From Ignavibacteriota bacterium (lineage in GTDB: Bacteria > Bacteroidota > Ignavibacteria > UBA10030), in NCBI GenBank assembly GCA_963727825.1, contig CAVSHO010000001.1:84926-148925 (forward strand): a DNA stretch of 64,000 nt, read 5' to 3'. A model generated the notes under the pieces. That model made no database searches. It was not told the origin of the DNA and was given only the letters and a program-made list of their open reading frames with translations. Below, one piece after another: positions 10,113-19,848 of the stretch; position 1 is the stretch's first letter; each line of letters starts with the position of its first letter. The position numbers and the translations under genes were made by a program.

Positions 10113-10579
10113 TGATCGAGAACAGCCCAAGAAAGGTTCTTCTCATCGGGATTGGCAATGAGTATCGCGGTGATGATGGAATTGGGTTGGAAGTAGCGCG
10201 TCAAATCCGGAAGAAACAATTTCCGTCTGTTATTGTAAAAGAAGAGTCGGGCGAAGGCGCCGCCCTGATGGAAACGTGGCAAGGATGTAAGAACGTCATT
10301 ATAGTGGACGCAATTTCATCAGGCGCAAAATCAGGAACGATAGTAAAAATTGATGCTAGTAAGGAAATTGTGCCAATGAAGTTTTTTCATTATTCAACAC
10401 ACGCGTTCAGTGTTGCAGAAGCGATAGAGTTAGCAAGGGCGATGAGAACGCTGCCGCGGGAGCTCTTGATATATGGAATTGAAGGCGCAGACTTTAGTGC
10501 AGGAATGAATATATCGCACGTTGTGCAAGAGTCAGCAAAGCAAGTTGTCAAACAGATTTTAAAAAAGTTAAGGCAGTAG
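10112..10579 (+). CDS. [NiFe]-hydrogenase maturation endopeptidase (HycI/HoxW/HyaD family)
   Basis: 155 aa with the typical N-terminus VLLIGIGNEYRGDDGIGLEVA and HAFSVAEAIELA. Confidence 0.85.
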   Translation: MIENSPRKVLLIGIGNEYRGDDGIGLEVARQIRKKQFPSVIVKEESGEGAALMETWQGCKNVIIVDAISSGAKSGTIVKIDASKEIVPMKFFHYSTHAFSVAEAIELARAMRTLPRELLIYGIEGADFSAGMNISHVVQESAKQVVKQILKKLRQ

Positions 10580-10674
10580 GCTGGTAGAAATATTGTTGCC
10601 CTCTGCCGGTTGTCAACGTGCATTGCGCAAAAGATATCACGATAAGAAAATCATTTTTATTTAAGGAGTAATGA

Positions 10675-11319
10675 ATGCAAATCCCAACTTCACCATCGAT
10701 TCGACCGGATGAAGTGCCGCGAAAAATAGAAAAAATGAAAAAAGTCGTCCGACGGATCAAGTTTGAGGCCGAACTTGACCACAATTTCGGTGAGCATATT
10801 GCAGAGAAAGCGTATGGACAAAAACTATTAGGTTGTATCCAATGTGGAACGTGTAGTGCAACATGTCCTTTATCGCACTATATGGATTATACACCACGAA
10901 AAGTTATCGCTATGACACGGGAAGGATTCAAAGAAGAAGTTTTGAATTCGCTCACAATCTGGCTTTGTGCCTCATGTTATTCGTGTACTGTAGAATGCCC
11001 GCGCCAGATTCATATTACTGAAATTATGTATGCACTCAAGCGCGAAGCAATCCAGCTTGGTTACTATCCGAAAAGGCTGCCTATTCCAGTGCTTGCGCGC
11101 GAGTTCTATAAACGCGTTTTAAAAGATGGTCGCAGCACCGAAAGCTGGTTGCTCATAAGCCTATATCTTCACACGAATCCATTTGCAATGTTCAAAGAAG
11201 CGATACTCGGACTGAAGTTATTTTTACGCGGACGATTGACAATAGGGAGAGAGCGGATCAGACGACGTGACCAACTCCATGCAATTCTTGGACATACGAA
11301 AGGAGGATCGCCATCATGA
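10675..11319 (+). CDS. hdrC: Heterodisulfide reductase subunit C
   Basis: Two CX2CX2CX3CP ferredoxin-like motifs (CIQCGTCSATCP, CASCYSCTVECP). Adjacent to hdrB and hdrA. Confidence 0.8.
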   Translation: MQIPTSPSIRPDEVPRKIEKMKKVVRRIKFEAELDHNFGEHIAEKAYGQKLLGCIQCGTCSATCPLSHYMDYTPRKVIAMTREGFKEEVLNSLTIWLCASCYSCTVECPRQIHITEIMYALKREAIQLGYYPKRLPIPVLAREFYKRVLKDGRSTESWLLISLYLHTNPFAMFKEAILGLKLFLRGRLTIGRERIRRRDQLHAILGHTKGGSPS

Positions 11320-12215
11320 AGTATCTCTATTATCCTGGTTGCTCCCTTCGTAGCACTGGTCGTGCATACGGCGAATCACTTGAAGCGGTCTTCAAAGCGC
11401 TTGAAATACCCATGGAAGAGTTGGATGATTGGAACTGTTGTGGCGCCACCTCATATGTTTCCATCGACGAAACAGATGCTTTCGCTCTTGCTGCCCGTAA
11501 TCTTGCACTTGCTGAACAGCAGTCTTCAGATGAGAAAATAAATCTTATCGCACCTTGCAGTGCGTGTTACCTTGTGCTCTCAAAAACCGAGCGTTTTCTC
11601 GAAGATGTTCCAAATGTTAGTGCGAAAATCAATTCAAGCCTTAATAAAGCTGGACTTCATTACAATGGTCGTGTCGATGTACGCCATCCGATTGATGTAT
11701 TGGTGAATGATTACGGTTTAGAGAACATCGCCAAACGTGTTAAGACTCCACTAAAAGGTGTTAAAGTTGCCTGTTACTATGGTTGCCAGATTTTGCGACC
11801 ATATGCCACGTTCGACGATCAATATCATCCGGAAACAATGGAAAAGCTTGTGAAAACTATTGGCGCGGATCCTGTTGATTGGTCCTTAAAAACCCGTTGT
11901 TGCGGAGGCAGTTTGACAGGCACAATACAAGAAGCAGGTCTACGGCTCAACCGTATATTACTCAATGATGCGCAAAAAAGTGGAGCCGCAGTTGTTCTCA
12001 CATGTTGTCCGCTGTGTCAGCATAATATGGAATGTTATCAGCAACGGATTAATCGTATGTACGATGAAGAAATTGATATCCCGGTGATGTACTTCACGCA
12101 ATTAATGGGCATTGCACTCGGTTTATCAGAGAAGGAAGTTAGTATGCAAAGACTGTTTAAGAAGCCATCGCTCAAACGTTTTACTCAGAAAGGAGCGACG
12201 GCAAATGCATGGTAA
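11316..12215 (+). CDS. hdrB: Heterodisulfide reductase subunit B (two CCG domains)
   Basis: CCG motifs WNCCGA and TRCCGG with flanking Cys (CSACY, CCPLCQ). 4-nt overlap with hdrC. Confidence 0.85.
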   Translation: MKYLYYPGCSLRSTGRAYGESLEAVFKALEIPMEELDDWNCCGATSYVSIDETDAFALAARNLALAEQQSSDEKINLIAPCSACYLVLSKTERFLEDVPNVSAKINSSLNKAGLHYNGRVDVRHPIDVLVNDYGLENIAKRVKTPLKGVKVACYYGCQILRPYATFDDQYHPETMEKLVKTIGADPVDWSLKTRCCGGSLTGTIQEAGLRLNRILLNDAQKSGAAVVLTCCPLCQHNMECYQQRINRMYDEEIDIPVMYFTQLMGIALGLSEKEVSMQRLFKKPSLKRFTQKGATANAW

Positions 12216-14217
12216 TGGACAAAACGGACATGTTCGTATCGGATTTTACATTTGTCATTGCGGACACAACATCGCCAGTATCGTGGATGTGAAAGCAGTT
12301 GCAGATTATGTGAAGACACTCCCCGGCGTCGTTATCTCACAAGATTACAAATATATGTGCTCCGATCCGGGACAGGAACTTATCCAGAAAGATATTAAAG
12401 AACATTCTCTTAATCGCGTCATCGTGGCGTCTTGCTCACCGCTGTTGCATGAGCATACCTTCCGCACGGCAGTGGAAAAAAGTGGACTCAATCCGTATTA
12501 CTTTCAGATGGTAAACATCCGCGAGGATGTTTCGTGGGTTCACACTGACATTAAAGCAGCGACAGAGAAAGCGAAGGACCTTGCACGCGCAGCAGTGCAG
12601 CGTGTTTTTTACCACAAAGCTCTGGAAACAAAGCATGTGAAGATTCATCCAGACGTGCTCGTTGTTGGTGGCGGCATTGCTGGAATTCATGCGTCCCTTA
12701 CACTTGCAAATGCCGGCAAAAAAGTTTATCTCGTGGAAAGAGATCCGACAATCGGCGGACATATGGCAATGTTCGATAAAACATTTCCAACGCTTGACTG
12801 CGCTGCGTGCATTCTAACACCGAAAATGTCGCAGGTGAAAAATCATCCCAACATTACACTGTGGACATATTCAGAAGTATCAAAGGTAGATGGTTATGTT
12901 GGCAACTACAAAATTGCAGTCAAACGGAAGCCACGCTATATCAACGAAGAATTGTGTGTCGGCTGTATGGATTGCATCGAAAAATGTGTCTATAAGGAAG
13001 GCAAGACACCTGACGAATTTAATATGGGGCTGAGCAAGAGGAAACCGATTTACATTCCATTCCCGCAGGCAACTCCGCAAATTGTTGTGATTGATCCGGA
13101 AACCTGTATCGAGTTTAAATCCGGTCGATGCAAAAAGACCTGCGTCGAAGTATGTGACCGTAAAGCAATTGACTTTAAGCAACAGGAAGAAATAAAAGAG
13201 ATAGAAGTTGGTACAATTATTCTTACAACAGGATTTCAAACATTTGATGCAAACAGGACTCCATATTACGGCTATGGAAGATATTCAAATGTCTACACGT
13301 CTCTTGAAGTTGAACGTCTTGTCAATGCTTCCGGCCCGACTACAGGTGAAGTAATTCTTCGCGATGGGCGCCAACCCAAATCGATTGGTATTATCCATTG
13401 TGTTGGTTCGCGTGATAAAAACACGAATCGTTGGTGCTCGCGCACCTGCTGTATGTATTCACTCAAGCTGGCACATCTTTTAAAAGAGCATACGAATGCG
13501 GAGGTATATAATTTCTACATCGATATGCGCACACCGGGCAAAGGGTATGAGGAATTTTATGACAAACTGCTTGAAGAGAACGTACACTTTATCCGCGGCC
13601 GTGTTGCAGAAGTAACCGATAGCGCAGTGCGCCCGGAAGAGGAAGGAAAGCTTATTATCCGTGCTGAAGACACAATGATCGGTATTGTGCGTCGTGTACC
13701 GGTGGACATGGTCGTACTTGCTGTTGGAATGGAACCTCATGCAGATTCGCAAGATGTACGGCGGATGTTTAATATTTCCTGTTCGACAGAAGGATTCTTC
13801 CTCGAACGCCATCCAAAACTTGCACCGGTTGATACTTTTACTGATGGTATTTACATTGCAGGTGCGTGCCAGGGACCAAAAGATATTCCTGATACTGTCG
13901 CACAAGCGGGCGCTGCTGCTGCTCAAGTGCTTACACTCATCGATACTGGTGAGATTGAACTGGAGCCGAATACAGCTTTTGTCGTGCAAGAAGATTGTTC
14001 AGGCTGTCGTACGTGTCTCACGATATGTCCGTACAATGCTATTTCTCGTGATGAGGTAAAGCAAAAAGCATTCATCAATGAAGCGCTCTGTAAAGGATGC
14101 GGCACATGCGTTGCTGCATGTCCATCGGGCGCGATCAAGCAGAATTTGTTTGAAGATGAAATGATCTTCAGCGAGATTGACGGCTTATTGAATATGGGAC
14201 AGAATGTATGCTGTTGA
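12205..14217 (+). CDS. hdrA: Heterodisulfide reductase subunit A (FAD, multiple 4Fe-4S)
   Basis: ATG at 12205 preceded by AAGGAG. VVGGGIAGIHASL FAD fold. CVGCMDCIEKC, CSGCRTCLTICP, CKGCGTCVAACP. The 93-nt upstream part of the tracked ORF lies inside hdrB and is not needed. Confidence 0.9.
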   Translation: MHGNGQNGHVRIGFYICHCGHNIASIVDVKAVADYVKTLPGVVISQDYKYMCSDPGQELIQKDIKEHSLNRVIVASCSPLLHEHTFRTAVEKSGLNPYYFQMVNIREDVSWVHTDIKAATEKAKDLARAAVQRVFYHKALETKHVKIHPDVLVVGGGIAGIHASLTLANAGKKVYLVERDPTIGGHMAMFDKTFPTLDCAACILTPKMSQVKNHPNITLWTYSEVSKVDGYVGNYKIAVKRKPRYINEELCVGCMDCIEKCVYKEGKTPDEFNMGLSKRKPIYIPFPQATPQIVVIDPETCIEFKSGRCKKTCVEVCDRKAIDFKQQEEIKEIEVGTIILTTGFQTFDANRTPYYGYGRYSNVYTSLEVERLVNASGPTTGEVILRDGRQPKSIGIIHCVGSRDKNTNRWCSRTCCMYSLKLAHLLKEHTNAEVYNFYIDMRTPGKGYEEFYDKLLEENVHFIRGRVAEVTDSAVRPEEEGKLIIRAEDTMIGIVRRVPVDMVVLAVGMEPHADSQDVRRMFNISCSTEGFFLERHPKLAPVDTFTDGIYIAGACQGPKDIPDTVAQAGAAAAQVLTLIDTGEIELEPNTAFVVQEDCSGCRTCLTICPYNAISRDEVKQKAFINEALCKGCGTCVAACPSGAIKQNLFEDEMIFSEIDGLLNMGQNVCC

Positions 14218-14242
14218 ATGTAACCTTGGAGAAGAATTAATT

Positions 14243-14692
14243 ATGTCAACAAAAATTGAACAAGAAAGAAATACAAACGGTTGGGAACCACGTATAATTG
14301 CTTTTTTCTGTAACTGGTGTACATATACTGCAGCAGACCTTGCTGGTGTATCGCGCTTACGCTATGAGCCAAATGCTCGAATTATTCGCGTCATGTGCTC
14401 TGGACGAATCGATCCACAATTCATTCTTGAAGCTTTTTCCAAAGGTGCAGATGGCGTTCTCATTGGCGGCTGTCACCCCGGTGATTGTCATTATATGGAA
14501 GGGAATTACAAGGCGCTTCGCCGCGTCCAGCTTCTTAAACGAATGTTGAAAGACATGGGAATTGAAGAAAAGCGATTTCGTCTTGAATGGATTTCCGCTT
14601 CTGAAGGCGAGCGTGTCAAGACAGTTATGAATGAAATGACAGAGCAAGTACGCGCACTCGGTCCGCTTGGATTACCGAAAAAAAAAATTTGA
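14243..14692 (+). CDS. mvhD: Methyl-viologen-reducing hydrogenase delta subunit
   Basis: RIIAFFCNWCTY...RVMCSGR...GCHPGDCHY is the MvhD signature. ATG at 14243 preceded by GGAGAAG. Confidence 0.85.
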   Translation: MSTKIEQERNTNGWEPRIIAFFCNWCTYTAADLAGVSRLRYEPNARIIRVMCSGRIDPQFILEAFSKGADGVLIGGCHPGDCHYMEGNYKALRRVQLLKRMLKDMGIEEKRFRLEWISASEGERVKTVMNEMTEQVRALGPLGLPKKKI

Positions 14693-14754
14693 GGAGTGGG
14701 ACAAAGAAATGGAATTAATTGAACAAAAAGTCAATGGAGAGGAGGCAGCAGTCC

Positions 14755-15720
14755 ATGCCTGATAAACCGAAAGTAGCTTTCTATTGGTGTGCTTCCTGCG
14801 GTGGCTGCGAGGAATCAGTTGTTGATCTCGCTGAGAATATTCTGGATGTCGTTGCGGCAGTGGATATTGTGATGTGGCCTGTTGCTATGGATTTCAAGAA
14901 AAAAGATGTTGAAGCGATGGCTGATGGTTCGATCCTGGTCTCTATGGTCAATGGAGCAATACGTACATCAGAACAAGAAGAGATGGCAAAATTGATGCGG
15001 AAGAAAAGCAAGCTTATAATCGCCTATGGTTCATGCGCGCATATGGGAGGTATTCCGGGACTTGCCAATCAATTTCAACGTGAAGAAATCCTTCAATATA
15101 TATTTGAAGAATCGCCTTCAACAGTGAATAAGGAAAAAATACGGCCGCAAATGAAATTTGAAACAAATGGCAATTCAGTTACTTTGCCAACATTTTTCAA
15201 CGTTGTCCGCGCGCTTGATCAGGTAATCGATGTCGATTATTATTTACCAGGATGTCCGCCAACTTCAAAGTTGCTAAAGCAAGCACTTGAAGTACTTCTT
15301 TCTGGCAAATTACCGGAGAAAGGCGCTGTTCTTGCTCCGGATATAGCACTCTGCGATGAATGCCCGAAAAAAGATACGAAGCCAAGCGATTTGAAGTTCA
15401 CGGAATTCAAACGTCCGCACTTGACACAAATCGATCCAAATACTTGTTTACTGGCACAAGGTATTGTCTGTATGGGACCGGCAACACGCGGCGGTTGCGA
15501 AGCGGTCTGTATTTCCGGTAATATGCCTTGCACGGGCTGTTTCGGCCCAACATCACGCGTAAAAGATCAAGGCGCAAAAATTCTTTCTGCTCTTGCATCG
15601 CAAATGGAAGCAAAAGATGAAAAAGAAATTGATGAGAAACTTGCATCAATTCCAGATCCAGTTGGTACATTTTATCGGTATGGTTTGCCGGCATCAATCC
15701 TAAGAAGAAAAAATTTTTAA
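14755..15720 (+). CDS. mvhG: Group 3c [NiFe]-hydrogenase small subunit
   Basis: KVAFYWCASCGGCEES, GSCAHMGG, and distal Cys clusters. ATG at 14755 with GGAGAGGAGG about 10 nt upstream (the tracked ORF begins at a TTG at 14719). Confidence 0.85.
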   Translation: MPDKPKVAFYWCASCGGCEESVVDLAENILDVVAAVDIVMWPVAMDFKKKDVEAMADGSILVSMVNGAIRTSEQEEMAKLMRKKSKLIIAYGSCAHMGGIPGLANQFQREEILQYIFEESPSTVNKEKIRPQMKFETNGNSVTLPTFFNVVRALDQVIDVDYYLPGCPPTSKLLKQALEVLLSGKLPEKGAVLAPDIALCDECPKKDTKPSDLKFTEFKRPHLTQIDPNTCLLAQGIVCMGPATRGGCEAVCISGNMPCTGCFGPTSRVKDQGAKILSALASQMEAKDEKEIDEKLASIPDPVGTFYRYGLPASILRRKNF

Positions 15721-15746
15721 GTACAAGTTGAAAATAAGGAATAGTC

Positions 15747-17225
15747 ATGGATGCATCCGCTACAAAGACACGACGTATAACGATTGATCCGATCACGCGA
15801 CTTGAAGGTCATGGGAAGATTGATATCTTTCTCGATGACCAAGGTGAAGTGACGAAGGCATATTATCAGATCCCAGAATTGCGTGGATTCGAGATTTTTT
15901 CTAAGGGACGTCCCGCCGAAGATATGCCGCAAATTACCAGCCGTATTTGCGGTGTTTGCCCAACGGCACACCATATGGCTGGAACGAAAGCGTTAGACGA
16001 TCTCTATAAAGTAGATCCACCGCCTGCAGCAAAGAAAATCCGCGAGTTGATTTACAACCTCTTTATACTCGAAGACCATGCACTGCATGTGTATATACTC
16101 GGTGGTCCAGACTTTATCGTTGGGCCGGATGCGCCAAAAGAACTGCGCAACATCGTCGGTGTGATTGGCAAAGTTGGAGTCGATGTTGGTAAGAAGGTGA
16201 TCTCGATGCGTCGTCAATTGCGTGAGCTCATTAGTTACCTCGGCGGCAAAGTGATTCATCCGGTCTTCGGTTTGCCAGGCGGTGTGGCAAAAGGAATTGC
16301 TCCGGAAGATTTGCCTAAGTTTAAAGAAGTGGCAAAAGACGGACTCGAGTTTGCGAAGTTCACGCTTCAAGTATTCAAAGATATCGTACTAAAGAACGAT
16401 AAATACGTCAAGATGATCACATCCGATACATATACTCATAAAACATACTATATGGGGTTAGTGGATGAAAACAATAAAGTAAATTTCTATGATGGTAAGG
16501 TGCGGGTAATCGATCCAAGCGGAAAGGAATTCATCAAGTTTGCGCCCCAACAATATCTCGATCACATTGCAGAACAGGTTGAGCCTTGGAGTTATGTGAA
16601 GTTTCCTTACCTCAAGACAATAGGATGGAAAGGATTTATCGATGGAGCCGAGAGCGGCGTGTATTCTGTTGCTCCTTTGGCACGTCTCAATGCATCCGAT
16701 GGTATGGCAACTGCCGAAGCTCAAAAGGCATGCGATGAACTCTACAAAACTCTTGGTGGAAAGCCGGTGCATATGACACTTGCTAATCATTGGGCGCGTG
16801 TTGTGGAGATGTTGCAAGCTGCAGAAAAATGCATTGAACTCGTGAATGATATTGAAATCACAAGCAAAGATATTCGCACTATTCCGACAAAAACGCCAAC
16901 CATTGGAATCGGTATTGTTGAGGCGCCGCGCGGTACGCTCATCCATCATTACGAAACGGATGAACGTGGATTGATAACAAAAGTGAATTTGATTGTTGCT
17001 ACTGCGCATAACGGCGCACGTATTGCTATGGGTGTTGATAAAGCAGCGAAAGGGCTTATACGCGGCGGAAAAGTAAATGACGGCCTTTTGAATATGGTTG
17101 AAATGGCATTCCGCGCATACGATCCATGTAATGCCTGTGCGACGCATTCGTTACCAGGTGAGATGCCCTTACTTATTAGCATCCGCGATAAACAAGGCAA
17201 TCTGATTAATGAATTGAAGCGATAA
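15747..17225 (+). CDS. mvhA: Group 3c [NiFe]-hydrogenase large subunit
   Basis: ITRLEGHGKI (L1), RICGVCPTAHH (L2), and C-terminal DPCNACATHS plus a 24-aa tail. Confidence 0.9.
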   Translation: MDASATKTRRITIDPITRLEGHGKIDIFLDDQGEVTKAYYQIPELRGFEIFSKGRPAEDMPQITSRICGVCPTAHHMAGTKALDDLYKVDPPPAAKKIRELIYNLFILEDHALHVYILGGPDFIVGPDAPKELRNIVGVIGKVGVDVGKKVISMRRQLRELISYLGGKVIHPVFGLPGGVAKGIAPEDLPKFKEVAKDGLEFAKFTLQVFKDIVLKNDKYVKMITSDTYTHKTYYMGLVDENNKVNFYDGKVRVIDPSGKEFIKFAPQQYLDHIAEQVEPWSYVKFPYLKTIGWKGFIDGAESGVYSVAPLARLNASDGMATAEAQKACDELYKTLGGKPVHMTLANHWARVVEMLQAAEKCIELVNDIEITSKDIRTIPTKTPTIGIGIVEAPRGTLIHHYETDERGLITKVNLIVATAHNGARIAMGVDKAAKGLIRGGKVNDGLLNMVEMAFRAYDPCNACATHSLPGEMPLLISIRDKQGNLINELKR

Positions 17226-17309
17226 TATTTTTGAAACTATAGACATTTAATATCTCTTGGCGTTGCATTTTAAGAGTTTAAGAAATAAGTACAAATTGGA
17301 GTTCTAAAA

Positions 17310-18533
17310 ATGATAAAGAAATCTATATTCGTTATTTTGTTTTTGCACTTGGCAACAGCGCAATTGTATGCTCAGCCGGAGCGTCGCGACAAGGCGGTGT
17401 TCACAGAACCAAAGAATGAGTTTTGGGATTCTATCAAGACGACACTTGATAAATTCTATAAAAAGGATTCAGTTAAGAAACTGCAGGTAGATTTTAGTCA
17501 ATTCAATCCGCCAAAATCCGTAGATGAATTCACAAATTACTGGCATAACAAACCGGTATCACAAGCTGTCTCCGGTATGTGCTGGTGCTTTTCCACAACA
17601 TCATTTTTCGAATCAGAAATATTCCGGTTAAGCAAGCGCGAGATCAAACTCTCCGAACTTTATACTGTGTATTGGGAATACGTTGAAAAGGCACGAGGGT
17701 TTGTTCGGGCACTAGGTAATCAGGAGTTCGGTGAGGGATCAGAGTCGGATGCAGTGATACGTATATGGAAGAATCATGGTATTGTTCCTGCAGATGCGTA
17801 CACCGGGTTGCTCAATGGTCAACCTTTTCACGATCACTCGAAAATGTTTGCGGAATTGGATTCATTTCTTAAATCCCTTAAAGCCTCAAACAGTTGGGAT
17901 GAAGATGCAGCAGAGCGTAACGTTAAATCTATTCTTAATTATTACATCGGTGCACCGCCGGAAAAGATCCTTGTTGGCAACAAAGAAATGACACCCAAGG
18001 AATATTTGGAAAAGGTTGTTAAATTAAATCTGGATGAGTATGTGGAACTTATTTCTCTTGCCGATCGCCCATATTATACATGGGTAGAATATGACGTACC
18101 GGATAATTGGTGGCATAGCAAAAACTATTTCAATGTTCCATTGAACGATTTTATGACTACGGTGAAAAGTGCCATTCGCTCGGGATATACAGAAGCCATC
18201 GGCGGCGACGTTTCGGAACCCGGTATCGATGGTAATGCTGGTATTGCCGTTGTGCCGACTTTTGATATTCCGTCGCAATACATTGATGAAAATGCGCGCA
18301 TTTTTCGATTTAAGAATGGTACTACCGGAGATGACCATGGCATTCACCTTGTCGGTTACACACAGAAAGATTGTACAGATTGGTATCTCATAAAGGATTC
18401 AGGCTCTGGCTCACGTAATAATTCGCATCCTGGATATTTCTTTTTTCATGAAGATTATGTGAAATTGAAAATGCTCGGAGTAATGCTGCCAAAAAGCGCT
18501 ATGCCTGAACTTGCGAAGAAAATGGAGAAATAA
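17310..18533 (+). CDS. Secreted papain-like cysteine peptidase (C1 family, aminopeptidase C/bleomycin-hydrolase-like)
   Basis: Signal-like N-terminus. Catalytic-Cys context QAVSGMCWCFSTTSF. Distal DDHGIHLVGY...IKDSGSG consistent with the His/Asn region. Confidence 0.7.
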   Translation: MIKKSIFVILFLHLATAQLYAQPERRDKAVFTEPKNEFWDSIKTTLDKFYKKDSVKKLQVDFSQFNPPKSVDEFTNYWHNKPVSQAVSGMCWCFSTTSFFESEIFRLSKREIKLSELYTVYWEYVEKARGFVRALGNQEFGEGSESDAVIRIWKNHGIVPADAYTGLLNGQPFHDHSKMFAELDSFLKSLKASNSWDEDAAERNVKSILNYYIGAPPEKILVGNKEMTPKEYLEKVVKLNLDEYVELISLADRPYYTWVEYDVPDNWWHSKNYFNVPLNDFMTTVKSAIRSGYTEAIGGDVSEPGIDGNAGIAVVPTFDIPSQYIDENARIFRFKNGTTGDDHGIHLVGYTQKDCTDWYLIKDSGSGSRNNSHPGYFFFHEDYVKLKMLGVMLPKSAMPELAKKMEK

Positions 18534-18562
18534 GAGCTCAAAACTTATAAATGCGGACAGCA

Positions 18563-18587
18563 AATGCCGGATGATGAGTCCGGCATT
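18563..18587. terminator. Bidirectional hairpin terminator between the convergent peptidase and hypE genes
   Basis: AATGCCGGA (18563-18571), loop TGATGAG, TCCGGCATT (18579-18587). Perfect 9-bp stem. Confidence 0.5.
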
Positions 18588-18614
18588 CTGCGTTTAAATC
18601 GTGGGATTGTTACA

Positions 18615-19679
18615 TTAGCATATTCTTGGCAGTTGTTCGCCGGAAAGCATATCTACCACACGCGAACCACCAATTCGCGTTTTCATAATCACAGTGCTGG
18701 GATGATTGGCAACAACCTCGCCGATTATAACAGCATTTTTTCCAAACGGATGCGCGCGCATTGCTGCCAGTACCTTATCTGCGGCTGTTGGAGAGGTAAA
18801 CGCAAGAAGCTTGCCTTCATTTGCCACGTATAGCGGATCGAAGCCGAGAATTTCGCAAGCACCCTTAACTTCATCAGATACAGGTATTAGATCTTCAAAA
18901 ATAGTTATTCCAATATCAGCGCTCTCAGCAATTTCGTTTAGCACGGATGCGACGCCGCCGCGCGTCGGGTCGCGAAGAACATGAATTTCCTGGCTTGCCT
19001 CGAACATCGTCTCTACTAATCCGTTGAGTGGCGCACAGTCGCTTTCAATCTGAGTGTCAAATTCCAATCCTTCTCGAACAGACATGATGGCGATTCCATG
19101 ATCGGCAATTGTTCCGCTTAAAATAATTTTATCGCCTAATTTCGCATGCCGAGGATTGATATCAACACCATCTGAAATAATACCAATACCAGAAGTATTG
19201 ATAAAGATTTTATCCCCTTTGTTGCGATCGACCACTTTTGTGTCACCAGTAACGAGTTTGACCCCAGCTGCCTCTGCTGCGGTTTCCATCGAAAGCACAA
19301 TGCGCCACAATTCTTCCATTGGCAATCCTTCTTCAATAATAAATGCGGAAGAAAGATAAAGCGGGCGTGCGCCACACATTGAAAGATCATTCACGGTTCC
19401 GTTCACGGCGAGCTTGCCAATATCTCCGCCGGGAAAGAAAATTGGATTGATGACGTATGAATCAGTAGAAAATGCTAATCGTGCTCCTCCGACAGAAAAG
19501 ATCGCGCCATCGTGCAGCGGCTCTATCAATTCATTTTTAAATTGTGACGCAAACATGTCCTTGATCAACTGGTGCGAAAGCTTTCCTCCTCCACCATGTG
19601 CCAGCAGAACATTCTTGTATTCCATAATTGGCAACGGACAAGCAAAGCCATTGCTCAAGTCTATCTTTTTTTCATTCAT
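18615..19679 (-). CDS. hypE: Hydrogenase maturation protein HypE (carbamoyl dehydratase)
   Basis: 354 aa with a PurM/AIR-synthase-like fold. The C-terminus ends in the diagnostic ...GEQLPRIC. Confidence 0.9.
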   Translation of the reverse strand: MNEKKIDLSNGFACPLPIMEYKNVLLAHGGGGKLSHQLIKDMFASQFKNELIEPLHDGAIFSVGGARLAFSTDSYVINPIFFPGGDIGKLAVNGTVNDLSMCGARPLYLSSAFIIEEGLPMEELWRIVLSMETAAEAAGVKLVTGDTKVVDRNKGDKIFINTSGIGIISDGVDINPRHAKLGDKIILSGTIADHGIAIMSVREGLEFDTQIESDCAPLNGLVETMFEASQEIHVLRDPTRGGVASVLNEIAESADIGITIFEDLIPVSDEVKGACEILGFDPLYVANEGKLLAFTSPTAADKVLAAMRAHPFGKNAVIIGEVVANHPSTVIMKTRIGGSRVVDMLSGEQLPRIC

Positions 19680-19750
19680 CGGTTTTATTTTTGTTGTTAC
19701 CGCGGTGATTATTTATTCTCTATGGGATTATGTACTCCTACGCTTGCATC

Positions 19751-19817
19751 GTCATTCCCATCCCGACAAAGTCGGGAGGAATCCAGAACAATAGACTCCC
19801 GCGTACGCGGGAATGAC
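19751..19817. repeat. REP-like compound palindromic element
   Basis: Outer inverted repeat GTCATTCCC (19751-19759) / GGGAATGAC (19809-19817). It encloses two hairpins, CCCGAC-aaa-GTCGGG (19762-19776) and CCCGCG-ta-CGCGGG (19798-19811). Confidence 0.6.
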
Positions 19818-19848
19818 AGAATACCTTGCTGCTTGCGGCGATGATTGT

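Noticed and set aside
10581-10595. Sigma-54-like sequence TGGTAG-aaata-TTGT upstream of hdrC.
   Set aside because: The critical -12 GC is replaced by GT, and the -24 element has two mismatches. This is too weak to call.
16458-17147. 229-aa ORF antisense to mvhA. Similar long antisense ORFs lie at 13480-13989 (in hdrA), 12880-13239, 15993-16370 and 6044-6445.
   Set aside because: These ORFs lie entirely inside strongly supported genes on the other strand. Their translations are low-complexity or Cys/His/Phe-rich with no recognisable motifs. They are typical shadow ORFs.
18564-18833. 89-aa plus-strand ORF after the peptidase gene.
   Set aside because: It runs antisense through the terminator hairpin and the 3' end of hypE, and it has no motif.
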